DNA of 64,000 bases from Mobula hypostoma (lineage: Eukaryota): the NCBI RefSeq assembly GCF_963921235.1, contig NC_086097.1, positions 5,890,001 through 5,954,000 of the forward strand, given 5' to 3'. Both the position numbers and the translations under genes were made by a program. Below, piece after piece: positions 12,693-23,966 of the stretch. The notes under the pieces were generated by a model, which worked only from the letters and a program-made list of their open reading frames with translations, had not been told where the DNA came from and did no database searches. The first letter of the stretch is position 1. Each line of letters opens with the position of its first letter.

Positions 12693-12795
12693 CATACAAT
12701 CAGCAGCCACTTTATTAGGTACACGTGCATGTTAATGCAAATATCTAATCAACCAATCACATTACAGCAGTTCAATGATTTAAAACATGCAGATA
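12693..12795 (+). mobile_element. Tc1-like DNA transposon left-end fragment
   Basis: TA-CAATCAGCAGCCACTTTATTAGGTACAC..TAATGCAAATATCTAATCAACCAATCA resembles a recalled fish Tc1 terminus. Confidence 0.5.
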
Positions 12796-13574
12796 TAAGA
12801 CCATAAGACAGAGGAGCAGAACAGTATCATTTGGCCCATTGAGTTTGGTCTGCCATTCCATCATGACTGATCTATTATCCCTCTCAATTTCATTCTCCTG
12901 CCTTCTCCCCATAACCTTTGATGGTCTGACTAATCAAGAACCTATCCATCTCTCCTTTAAATATACCCAATGACTTGCCCTCACAAGCCACCTGTGGTAA
13001 TTAATTCCACAGATTTACCACCCTCTTGTTAAAGAAATTTTTCCTTATCTCTGTTCTAAAGGGATGTCCTTGTATTCTGAAGCTGCTTTAAATATACACA
13101 ATGATTTGGCCTCACAGCCATCTGTGGCAATTAAGTCCACAGTGTATAAATATATAAATAAGTCATGTCATGTGATGTAACATAATTGCCGTATGACAAA
13201 TGTTCACATGTGAATTATTGTTAGTCTACAATACAACACACATTCTTGAAGCATTTGCTACCTTTGAGATATTTTTTGCATTTAGAAACTTCAAGCACTA
13301 CAGGACTGGTCTACACACACCTCCTGAGGTACTACAATTGCAAATAAGGACAGTCTCAATTATTTGTAGTCATTGACACAAAGAGGAAAAAATATGTTTG
13401 TAAATTATTTTTCATCTCATCTCTGGATTACTGTCACCATGGGAGTCCAAAACTCTACTGTCAAAAAGGTAAAAACATCACTGGTGTTGACGATCTCTGC
13501 TGTACTGTGAGAAGGTGAATACATTTTGTTTCGACCTGCAATATGGAACATATTGTGCAGCCCAACAGCAGCAC

Positions 13575-13745
13575 TGCCGAGAAACCCGTGACTAACTGGT
13601 ACATCTTTTGACTGCGAGAGGAAACTGGATCATTTGGAGGAACCCCATGCACGCAGAAGAATGATGCGCAAACTTCTTACACACTTGGGATTGATTGCCA
13701 AGCTCCGACACCCCATGCTGAGACAGCATCGTGCTAGCTACCAGT
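13575..13745 (-). repeat. tRNA-derived V-SINE/HE1-like SINE; relatives at ~27150-27290(+), 30640-30900(-), 33915-34185(-), 36180-36435(-), 59280-59535(-)
   Basis: Recurrent core ..gactgtgggaggaaacyggagcacccggaggaaacccac..caaactc..aca and a tRNA-like head. Confidence 0.7.
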
Positions 13746-14345
13746 ACAATGTATAATAGACAGGATTATGACTTTATGGGTAGAAAATAACTTTTTTAAA
13801 AGGGATCTGATCTGATGCTAATGCAAAACCCAACCCACAATGTTTTAATGTGCCAAATTTATGGAGATACTTGCAAAGTAAACAACAAAAAGAGATAAGT
13901 AACAGCAATCGTATGAGAATATAATTGAAGATTGTTCAAATTTTAATAATTTTGGTTACAGGTATTCAGTCTTTTCAGGTTTGTTTTGAAGAAAATGTAA
14001 ATCCAAATTTTCTCAATTGTGCGCTTCTAATACATCCAGTGCAGTGCCACATATGACACAATCCTGAAATATAATACACTTGTATAATTCACTAGACTAG
14101 ACCATAGACCATAGAAACTACAGCACAGAAACAGGCCTTTTGGCCCTTCTTGGCTGTGCCGAACCATTTTCTGCCTAGTCCCACTGACCTGCACACGGAC
14201 CATATCCCCCCACACACCTCCCATCCGTGTATCTGTCCAATTTATTCTTAAATGTTAAAAAAACCCCGCATTTACCACCTCGTCTGGCAGCTCATTCCAT
14301 ACTCCCACCACTCTCTGTGTGAAGAAGCCCCCCCTAATGTTCCCT

Positions 14346-17300
14346 TTAAACTTTTCCCCCCTCACCCTTAACCCATGTCCTCTGGTTTTTTTCTCCCCTT
14401 GCCTCAGTGGAAACAGGCCTGCTTGCATTCACTCTATCTATACCCATCATAATTTTATATACCTCTATCAAATCTCCCCTCATTCTTCTACGCTCCAGGG
14501 AATAAAGTCCTAACCTATTCAACCTTTCTCTGTAACTGAGTTTCTCAAGTCCCGGCAACATCCTTGTAAACCTTCTCTGCACTCTTTCAACCTTATTTAC
14601 ATCCTTCCTGTAATTTGGTGACCAAAACTGAACACAATACTCCAGATTCAGCCTCACCAATGCCTTATACAACCTTATCATAAGATTCCGGTTCTTATAC
14701 TCAATACTTTGATTAATAAAGGCCAATGTACCAAAAGCTCTCTTTACGACCCTATCTACCTGTGACGCCACTTTTAGGGAATTTTGTATCTGTATTCCCA
14801 GATCCCTCTGTTCCACTGCACTCCTCAGTGCCTTACCATTAACATAGAAACATAGAGACATAGAAAATAGGTGCAGGAGTAGGCCATTCGGCCCTTCGAG
14901 CCTGCACCACAATTTATTATGATCATGGCTGATCATCCAACTCAGAACCCCGCCCCAGCCTTCCCGCCATACCCCCAGATCCCAGTAGCCACAAGGGCCA
15001 TATCTAACTCCCTCTTAAATATAGCCAATGAACTGGCCTCAACTGTTTCCTGTGGCAGAGAATTCCACAGATTCACCACTCTCTGTGTGAAGAAATTTTT
15101 CCTAATCTCGGTCCTTAAAGGCTTCCCCTTTATTCTCAAACTGTGACCCCTCGTTCTGGACTTCCCCAACATCGGGAACAATCTTCCTGCATCTAGCCTG
15201 TCCAATCCCTTTAGGATTTTATACGTTTCAATCAGATCCCCCCTCAATCTTCTAAATTCCAACGAGTACAAGCCCAGTTCATCCAGTCTTTCTTCATATG
15301 AAAGTCCTGCCATCCCAGGAATCAATCTGGTGAACCTTCTTTGTACTCCCTCTATGGCAAGGATGCCTTTCCTCAGATTAGGGGACCAAAACTGCACACA
15401 ATAACCAAAACTGCACACAATACCAAAACTGCACACTAACCCTGTATGTTCTACATTGGTTTGTCCTTCCAACATGCAATACCTCACACTTGTCAGTATT
15501 AAACTCCATCTGCCATTTTTCAGCCCATTTTTCCAGCTGGTCCAAGTCCCTCTGCAGGCTCTGAAAACCTTCCTCACTCTACTACACCTCCAATCTTTGT
15601 ATCATCAGCAAACTTGCTGATCCAATTTACCACATTATCATCCAGATCGTTGATATAGATGACAAATAACAACGGACCCAGCACTGATCCCTGTGACACA
15701 CCACTAGTCACAGGCCTCCACTCAGAGAAGCAATTCTCCACCACCACTCTCTGGCTTCTTCCATCGAGCCAATGTCTAATCCAATTTACCACCTCTCCAT
15801 GTATACCTAGCGACTGAATTTTCCTAACTAACCTCCCATGCGGGATCTTGTCAAAGCCCTTACTGAAATCCATATAGAGAATATCCACTGCTTTCCCTTC
15901 ATCCACTTTCCTGGTAACCTCCTCAAAAAACTCCAACAGATTGCTCAAACATGACCTACCACGCACAAAGCCATGTGGACTCTCCCTAATAAGTCCCTGT
16001 CTATCCAAATGCTTGTAGATTCTGTCTCTTAGTACTCCCTCCAATAACTTACCTACTACCGATGTTAAACTTACCGGCCTATAATTTCCCGGATTACTTT
16101 TCGATCCTTTTTTAAACAACGGAACAACATGAGCCACTCTCCAATCCTCCGGCACTTCACCCGTAGACAGCGACATTTTAAATATTTCTGCCAGGGCCCC
16201 CGCAATTTCAACACTAGTCTCCTTCAAGGTCCGAGGGAACACCCTGTCAGGTCCCGGGGATTTATCCACTTTAATTTTCCTCAAGACAGCAAGGACCTCC
16301 TCCTTTTCGAGCTGTACAGTTTCCATGATCTCACTACTTGTTTCCTTTAATTCCATAGACTTCATGCCAGTTTCCTTAGTAAATACAGATGCAAAAAACC
16401 TATTTAAGATCTCCCCCATTTCCTTTGGTTCCGCACATAGCTGACCACTCTGATCTTCAAGAGGACCAATTTCATCCCTTACAATCCTTTTGCTCTTAAT
16501 ATACCTGTAAAAGCTCTTTGGATTATCCTTCACTTTGACTGCCAAGGCAACCTCATGTCTTTTAGACCTCCCGATTTCTTTCTTAAGTATTTTCTTGCTC
16601 TTCTTATACTCCTCTAGCACCCTATTTACTCCCTGTTTCCTATACATTTCATACAACTCTCTCTTCTTCTTTATCAGAGTTGCAATATCCCTTGAGAACC
16701 AAGGTTCCTTATTCCTACTAACCTTGCCTTTAATCCTGACAGGAACATACAAATTCTGCACTCTCAAAATTTCTGCTTTGGAGGCTTCCCACCTACTGAT
16801 CACATCCTTGCCAGAGAACAACCTGTCCCAATCCACGCATTTTAGATCCTTTCTCATTTCTTCAAATTTGGCCTTCTTCCACTTAAGAACCTCAACCCTA
16901 GGACCAGATCTATCCTTGTCCATGATCAAATTGAAACTAATGGTGTTATGATCACTGGAACCAAAGTGCTCCCCTACACAGACTTCTGTCACTTGTCCTA
17001 ACTCGTTTCCTAACAGGGGATCCAATATTGCATCCCCTCTAGTTGGTCCCTCTATATATTGATTTAGAAAACTTTCCTGAACACATTTTACAAACTCTAA
17101 ACCATCTAGACCACTAACAGTATGGGAGACCTAAACAATATATGGAAAATTAAAATCCCCTACCACCACAACTTTATGTTTCCTGCAGTTGCCTGCTATC
17201 TCTCTGCAGATTTGAACTTCCAATTCTCTTTGACTATTGGGTGGTCTGTAATGCAATCCCACTAATGTGGCCATGCCTTTCCTGTTTCTCAGCTCCACCC

Positions 17301-17694
17301 ATAAGGACTCAGTAGACAAGCCCTCTAATCTGTCCTGCCTGAGCACTGCTGCAATATTTTCCCTAACAAGCAATGCTACTCCCCCACCTTTCATTCCTCT
17401 GCCTCGATCACATCTGAAACATCGGAACCCTGGAATATTAAGCTGCCAGTCCTGCCCCTCCTGTAGCCAAGTTTCACTAATTGCTACAACATCATAATTC
17501 CACGTGTCAATCCACGCCCTCAACTCATCCGCCTTCCCTGCAATACTCCTAGCATTGAAATATATACACCTCAGAAAATTTTTACCAACACTCACAACCT
17601 TTCTATTAGCGGATTTGCTTGAACTTTTAACATCATTTATTTTCACCCCAGCCACACTGTCAGCTCTGACACTTTGGTTCCCATCCCCCTGCAA
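14346..17694 (-). pseudogene. CR1 ORF2: APE endonuclease and reverse transcriptase, disrupted
   Basis: YFNARSI..ISETWL..GGGVALL..YRPP..GDFN; KSPGPD..NYRPVSLTS..SGVSQGSVLGPLLF..FADDTK. Confidence 0.92.
14844..15436 (-). mobile_element. Young 5'-truncated CR1 nested in the ORF2 above
   Basis: TAAC at 14840-14843 and 15437-15440; CATAGAAA tail; same subfamily as the copies at 43781, 51659 and 60182. Confidence 0.9.
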
Positions 17695-17696
17695 AT

Positions 17697-18655
17697 CTAG
17701 TTTAAAGCCCCCCCAATAGCATTAACAAACCTCCCTGAAAGGATATTGGTCCCCCTGTAGTTCAAGTGCAACCCGTCTCTCTTGTACAGGTCCCACCTGC
17801 CCCAGAAGAGGTCCCAATTATCCTGAAATCTGAAACACTGCTCCCTACACCAGTTCCTCAGCCATTTGTTCCTCCTCCAGAGCATCCTATTCCTACCCTC
17901 ACTGGCATGTAGCACAGGTAGCAATCCTGAGATTACCACCCTTGAGGTCCTGCTTTTCAACTTCCTACCAAGCTCTCTATACTCACTGTCCAGGACCTCC
18001 TCACTCTTCCTTGCTATGTCATTGGTACGGATGTGCACCACAACATCTGGCTGGTCACCCTCCCACTTCAGAATGTCATGCAATCGATCAGAGATATCCT
18101 TGACCCTGGCACCTGGGAGGCAACAAACCATCCTGGATTCTCTGTCACGACCACAGAACCTCCTATCTGCACCTCTAACTATCGAGTCCCCTATCACTAC
18201 CGCTCTCCTCTTTTCCCCCCTCCCTTCTGCACTGTAGAGCCAGACTCAGTGCCAGAGATCCGGCTACTACAGCTAGTCCCAGGTAAGTCATCCCCCCCAA
18301 CAGTATCCAATGCAGTATACTTGTTGCTGAGGGGAATGGCCACAGGGGAACCCTGCTCTGCCTGCCCTTTCCCCTTCCCTCGCCTGACAGTGACCCAATT
18401 TCCTGTCCTTTGCTCCTTTGGCGTAACTACTTCCCTGTAGCTACGATCTATAATCTCCTCATTCTCCTGAATGATCCGCAGGTCATCCAGCTCCTGCTCC
18501 AGTTCCCTAACGCGGTTTGTCAGGAGCTGCAGCTGGATGCACTTCTTGCAGGTGTCGTTGTCAGGGACACCGGACTCCCTGACTTCCCACATCCTGCAAG
18601 AGGAGCATTCCAACATCCTGCCTGGCATTCTCTCTACGCTAGACAATCTGAACAA
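17697..18655 (-). pseudogene. CR1 ORF1: Cys-rich motif, coiled coil and SGNH/GDSL esterase; one frameshift near 18197
   Basis: CSSCRMW..CKKC, RVRELEQELDDL, then IGDSIVR..PGA..RTND..RDGLH. Confidence 0.88.
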
Positions 18656-18914
18656 AAAACTTACTAGAACCTACCCTGGCCTCTGCCTGTTCTCGCCGAA
18701 GCCTGCTTGAGCCAAAGCCGTCCCACTCTGACTCAGTCCACTCCGACGATGGCCGCTACAACGATGGCCGCTGTATATGGTGGTCTGCTTTTTAAACCTT
18801 GGCGCGCTACGTCACGCGCCTGCGCAGTGCAGACCCTTCTCCCCAAGCAGTTTTTTAAAAAGATGACTTTTTCGACCCGAATTCTTCCGCTCACTTCTTC
18901 AGCTACTTGCTTCG

Positions 18915-19225
18915 ACTGAATGTCATTTCCAGCACACAAGTGTAAAGAGGAACAAAATAATTGTTACCCCAGATCTGATGCAACACAAAAAAACACAATA
19001 ATAAAAAAGACACAATAAATATAAATGCATAAGAGAGCTCATATACATGGATTGATTGTAGGTAAAGTGACGATAGGCACAGGAGTGTCTGTACATAAGG
19101 TGACACTGACAGGAAATGATAAAGTAGTGGTGGTTGGTGGTGTGGTGAGGTGGGTTAGTGGGTGGAGGTGTTGATCAGCCTTACTGCTGGGAGAAAGAAA
19201 CTGTTTTTGTTCTGGTGGTCTCAGT
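18915..19225 (-). repeat. Rex1-type 3'-UTR fragment (relative of 59765-60180)
   Basis: Shared AATGTCATTTCCAGCACACAAGTGTAAAG and AGGCACAGGAGTGTCTGTA. Confidence 0.7.
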
Positions 19226-19649
19226 GCGATTTATTTTAAATCCCAAGATTTTATGCTTTACATCAATGATTAAAATTCTGCTGTGATAAATGATAATTCT
19301 ATCTGTGATGAACAAAAGCAATATAAAATCAAATAAAATGGGAGCATTCTAATCCTTTTTGATTGTTAAGTGTCCCAGAGGAAATTTTGGCAAGAATGGT
19401 CAACTTCCCCTTTCAGAATCCATATAATCTTCTTTACAGTTCAGTTAAGTATCAGTTAGATCATTCATTTGGAATGCAATGTTTTTCTTCCACCTGATGT
19501 TCATCACGGACAGAGTTTAACATGTAGATCCTGGCTTGCTATTTATTAGGAAGTCAACTTAGGAGTAACACACACAAAATACTGGAGAGATTCAGTGGCT
19601 CAGGTAGCATCTTTAGGGGTGGGAGAGGTGGAATTAAAACCATGAAGGG

Positions 19650-22600
19650 CAGTGCTAGTCTTCACCATGTGCTGAGTGTAGTTCAGTTAAAGATTTAGGG
19701 GACTCAGGTGAATCAGCATTAACTACCTGCACAGAACTTACATTTTCATCTATGAAACCAGCACTGAAGAAGATTTTTGGAGAAAAGCCCCCAAGACAGT
19801 CAGTCAGTCAGTCAGTCAGTGGGTGCCGTCCCAAATCCGGGGTTGGTGGCTATGCACCTCCATCTTCTTCAATCTTGTAACAGTACCGAGTACAGCCTCT
19901 CCTCTAGTTTGTTCCCGCCCGCCACCGCCCCCGCCAAACTGGAGCCTGAGGCCATGCCGGCCTCCAGCCGCGGCTGCTTCTTCGAACTCGGCCCTTCCTT
20001 AGGCGGAGCCCCTAAGACAACAATCAGAATTAGTTTGTGTCAGGAAACAGTATTCTCCACTGAACAGAAACAAAGAGTATTGCAAGTGTAGATCCCAGAG
20101 GGACCAGACAATGGTACCATTACCTGGCACAAATCCAATAAACAAGAATGGTAGGAAATCGAAATGTGTGATATGTCAAAGTATTTACAACTGAGCAAGA
20201 AACTGCTCATTCAGGACTGAACAAGTTAGGCTAAAGGAAGAAAACAACAAATATGAAGATGTAGAAGAGTGCCATGTCACATTGTTTGCGAAGAAATCAC
20301 TTACTAATGCAGAGACATCTGAGGCAGAGATTTTGACAATGGAATCTCTGGGATCTGCTATTATTGACACAGCATGCGCACACACAGCGTGTAGAGAAAA
20401 TGGCTCGAAAGCTGTGTAAGTGAACTAAACCAGAATGAAGTGTAGAAACTGGTGAACACAGATACACCCAGCAACAAAGCATTCAAATTTGGAGATGGAA
20501 AGATTGTGCATTCCACCAAAAGAGTGAAAATTCCTGCAAAAATAGGGCAGACAAAATGTTATGCTGAAATGGAGGTGGTACCAGTGAACTTTCCACTACT
20601 CTTGAGTAAATCTTCCCTAAAGAAGGCAGGAACAGTACTGGATATGGAGAATGACTAAGCAACGATGTTTCAACAGCCAGTGTCTCTTGAGTTCACCAGC
20701 TCTGGATATTACTGTGTGAACATAAAGACATTACTGAAAACCAATGTGAGAATGAAGTACTAACTGTCACAGAAAACATGACCATGGATGAGAAATACAA
20801 ACCTCACAAGCAGTTTGAACACGCTTCAATTGAAAGACTTAAGAAACTGCTCAGGAGTTCAGGAAACAAAGATGCCAATTATTTTTCCGTTCTAAAGCAG
20901 ATCATTGACAGTTGTGAGATGTGCCAAAAGTCTGGAAAGCCCAACCCCAAAACTGCCGTTGGTCTGCCACTAGCATCTGAATTCAATGAAACAGTAGCCG
21001 TAGACCTACATGAACTGGACCAAGGAGTGTGGTATCTCCACATCACTGATGAGTTCACACGTTTTGGTGCTGGTAGCATTGTAAATACAAAGAGATCCTC
21101 AGAGATAGTAAAAAAACTCCACTCATTTCCACCTCGTAAAGTATTCAGTGATAATGGTAATTAATTTATTAATAATGAACTCAGAGATATGGCAGAGAAC
21201 TTTAACATTGAATCAAAGTGACACACAGTCCTTGGTGTAATGGACCTCAGAGTGACACAATCAAACGCTTACTGAAATTATGCTGAAGGCAAAGAAAAGC
21301 AATGGCTGTGATTGGAACACAGCCCTGGACTGGGCCCTTATGGTGAAGAATACCATAGACAATGTACATGGCTTTAGCCCTATCAATTGGTGTTCGGCCA
21401 GAATCCAAACCTTCCCTCTGTACTGGTTGACAGACCACCTGCTCTAGGGGGCACTACAAGGACTGAATGGGTATTTCAGCACTGCATTCACCAAGGAAGG
21501 CTTTCGCTGAAGCAGAGTGTTCAGAGAATTCCAAGAGCTCTGAGGGCACAGCTCCATCCTACAAATGACAAATATGACACAGAGGACAAAGGGTACGACA
21601 AAGGAGTTGATTGTGCAGAATGGCAATGTCCTGAAGTTGCCATTGGTCAGGATGGAGTTGTGATATTTGTGAGACATGGAGGTACATGTGTGAGAGTGCT
21701 TCATTCCAGATTACGTAAAGCACAAAATGAAGACCATCAGAACTCCATGGAGAATGATACAAAAAATGAAAAGCACTTACCTGGCACATGGTCACATAGC
21801 ACAGACAGGAATGAGGGAAGTGCAGCTAAGGATCCAACAGACTTGCTCAACAATGGCACAGACAGTGCAGAAGAGCGTGCAGCTGGGGACTCAACAGAAT
21901 TGCGTGAACAGGAATGACCACAATTGCAAAGACAACATGGAAGTTTCAATCTTAAAAAAAGGACAAATTGTGAGATAAGCAGACCAAACACTGGTATCTC
22001 ATACAAAGCTGAAGTCTTAGGACAAGCAGGCAAAGTCTTTGGGAAAAACAAAATTTGGTACTACTTGAATTACCTAGAACCAGTCACGGTCACTGGCTCT
22101 GCAGGATCGGTCGACATGTCATGTGTAGACAGACTTCATATTGAATCAATATAGATCAGGCTGGACCATCTGAAAAATAACAAGATGAAGATGTCTTAGT
22201 AACTAAAGAGGTGTTATTTGAATCTGTAAAACAGGATGAAATCAGAAGTTGGAGAAATAATGGAGTTTTTGAGGAAGCTAGAGACATTGGCCTAAAGATA
22301 ATGTCTACTGGATGGGTGTGCATTGTGAAAGAAAACCCGACAAGCGTTATACCAAAAGCACATCTGGTGGCTAGAGGTTTTGAGGAACTGAACATAGAAC
22401 TCCAAAAAGACTCGCCAACATGTGCATCAGAGTCTCTCTAGTGATATGTCAAAACCATTAGCAAGTCCATATCGCATAAAATTCACAGGGAATGGAGCTG
22501 TCAAGTGACATTTACATTCATCCGCCACCTGAAGCCAGAAGCAAAGGAACACTGTGGAAACTCAGAAAACGTACGTATGGTCCGGCAGATGCATCACTCT

Positions 22601-23966
22601 ACTGGCATAAAAAGGTCAAGAAAATAATGTTGAAAACAGGTGGAAAACATCACCAGTGAACCCAGCTGTTTTTTACTGGTGAGGTTCAGGATATCATGTG
22701 ATTGGAATACTTGCCTGTCATGTCGGTGACTTCCTATGAAGAGGCTCAGAAAACTTCGCCACAGCAGTTATCTCTCAGCTAAAGTCAGCCGTTCAGGTTG
22801 GATGGGAGGAACGTGACAGATTCTGCTATGTACAGTAGACATCCTCGCTGTTGACGGAACAGTACAACTGCACCAAGAACACTACATCAGGAATCTTCAG
22901 ACAATCCGCATGGAATCCTCACATGCCACACAACGGGATGCACCACTCAGTGAAGCTGAAACTGAGCAACTTGGGTCAAAGGTAGGCCAGATTCTACGGG
23001 TGGCAAGGCCGAGCAGACACGACATCATGTGTGATGCCTCCAACTTGGCATCCAGCACAGAAAATGCCACAGTATAAACTTTACCTGAGGCAAACAAGAT
23101 AGTGCACAGAACTCAGTCTGAAAACGTTGCCTTGAAGTTTCACAGCTTGGAAAAGATAGCTCACTGAGGCTCGTTTTCTTCAGCGATGCCGCACTCGGAA
23201 ATCTTCCTGATGGAGGGACTCATGGGGGACATTTTATTGTACTGATGGGAGAAGAGGGAAGATTTACACCAATCGGCAATCAAGAAGGATCCTAAGAGTT
23301 GTATGGAGTATGCTGGCAGGAGAAACCCTTGCATTGTCTGAAAGTATTGACAAAGCTGTTTTTCTGGCCACACTGTATTCTGAGCTTCCACTGTGATCCA
23401 AAGATGAACAGTCTACAGATAACTTGTGTCACAGACAGCTACTTATTGATTGATGCCATCAAATCCACCAAGTCAGTTACAGAGAAGAGGCTTCGTCTGG
23501 GGATAAGCAGCATCAGAGGACTTGTCCAAGCACAGAAAATTCATCACCTGCTATGGTCAACACCAAAGGAACAACTAGCTGACTGTCTCACAAAGAAGGG
23601 AGGCTCCAGCTGTTGTGCTGTTAAAGGCACTTAATAAAGGCATTTGTACCTCAAGAATTGTACTAACTTCAAGGGTTAGAACTTGTATCCCATATCCTAA
23701 TGGCCACTTGAATTGTCTTTACATTTTGTTCAAATTTAATTTCTTTAATATATACATAAAAAGGATGGGAGATTGTTGAGTTCTGTTCATTTGAACTTTG
23801 TAAGTAATTAGCACACATGTCCACTTTCCCTGTTATGTGTGAGTGTGTGTGTGGTGGGAGGGGAATGATAGGATGTAAAGTTTGTGGTCCTCATGTATTG
23901 AAAGGAGACATAGAAAGTAAAGTTGAAACAAAAGAAAAGTGTGTCCTTGTTGTTTGGGTGTTAACA
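19650..23966 (+). mobile_element. Decayed Ty1/Copia LTR retrotransposon, GalEa-like (gag-PR-INT-RT-RH, PPT, 3' LTR 23774-23966)
   Basis: gag ALTTCTELTFSSMKPALKKIFG; knuckle CVICQSIYN*ARNC; PR AIIDTAC; INT HKQFEHAS..CEMC..VAVDL..TDEFTRF..SDNG; RT KAHLVARGFEE..DSPT; RH FSDA..TDS..QLADCLTK; PPT AAAAGGATGGGAGA; LTR TGTTGA...TTAACA. Confidence 0.88.
19799..20006 (-). pseudogene. CYHR1: Chimeric retrocopy: CYHR1/ZFTRAF1-like mRNA fragment (19881-20006) fused to an RTE-type LINE 3' end with (TGAC)n tail (19799-19880)
   Basis: Minus frame PPKEGPSSKKQPRLEAGMASGSSLAGAVAGGNKLEERLYSVL | LQD*RRWRCIATNPGFGTAPTD*; 13-bp TSD AGCCCC(C/T)AAGACA at 19786-19798 and 20007-20019. Confidence 0.75.

Larger units (their letters stand above)
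14099..18913 (-). mobile_element. Near full-length CR1 LINE (5' UTR, ORF1, ORF2, 3' tail) with few disruptions and a nested CR1
   Basis: ORF1 18655-17697; endonuclease 17694-17131; RT 17025-15574; C-terminus to ~14346; CpG-rich 5' UTR; tail reads (AGACCAT)n on the plus strand. Confidence 0.95.
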
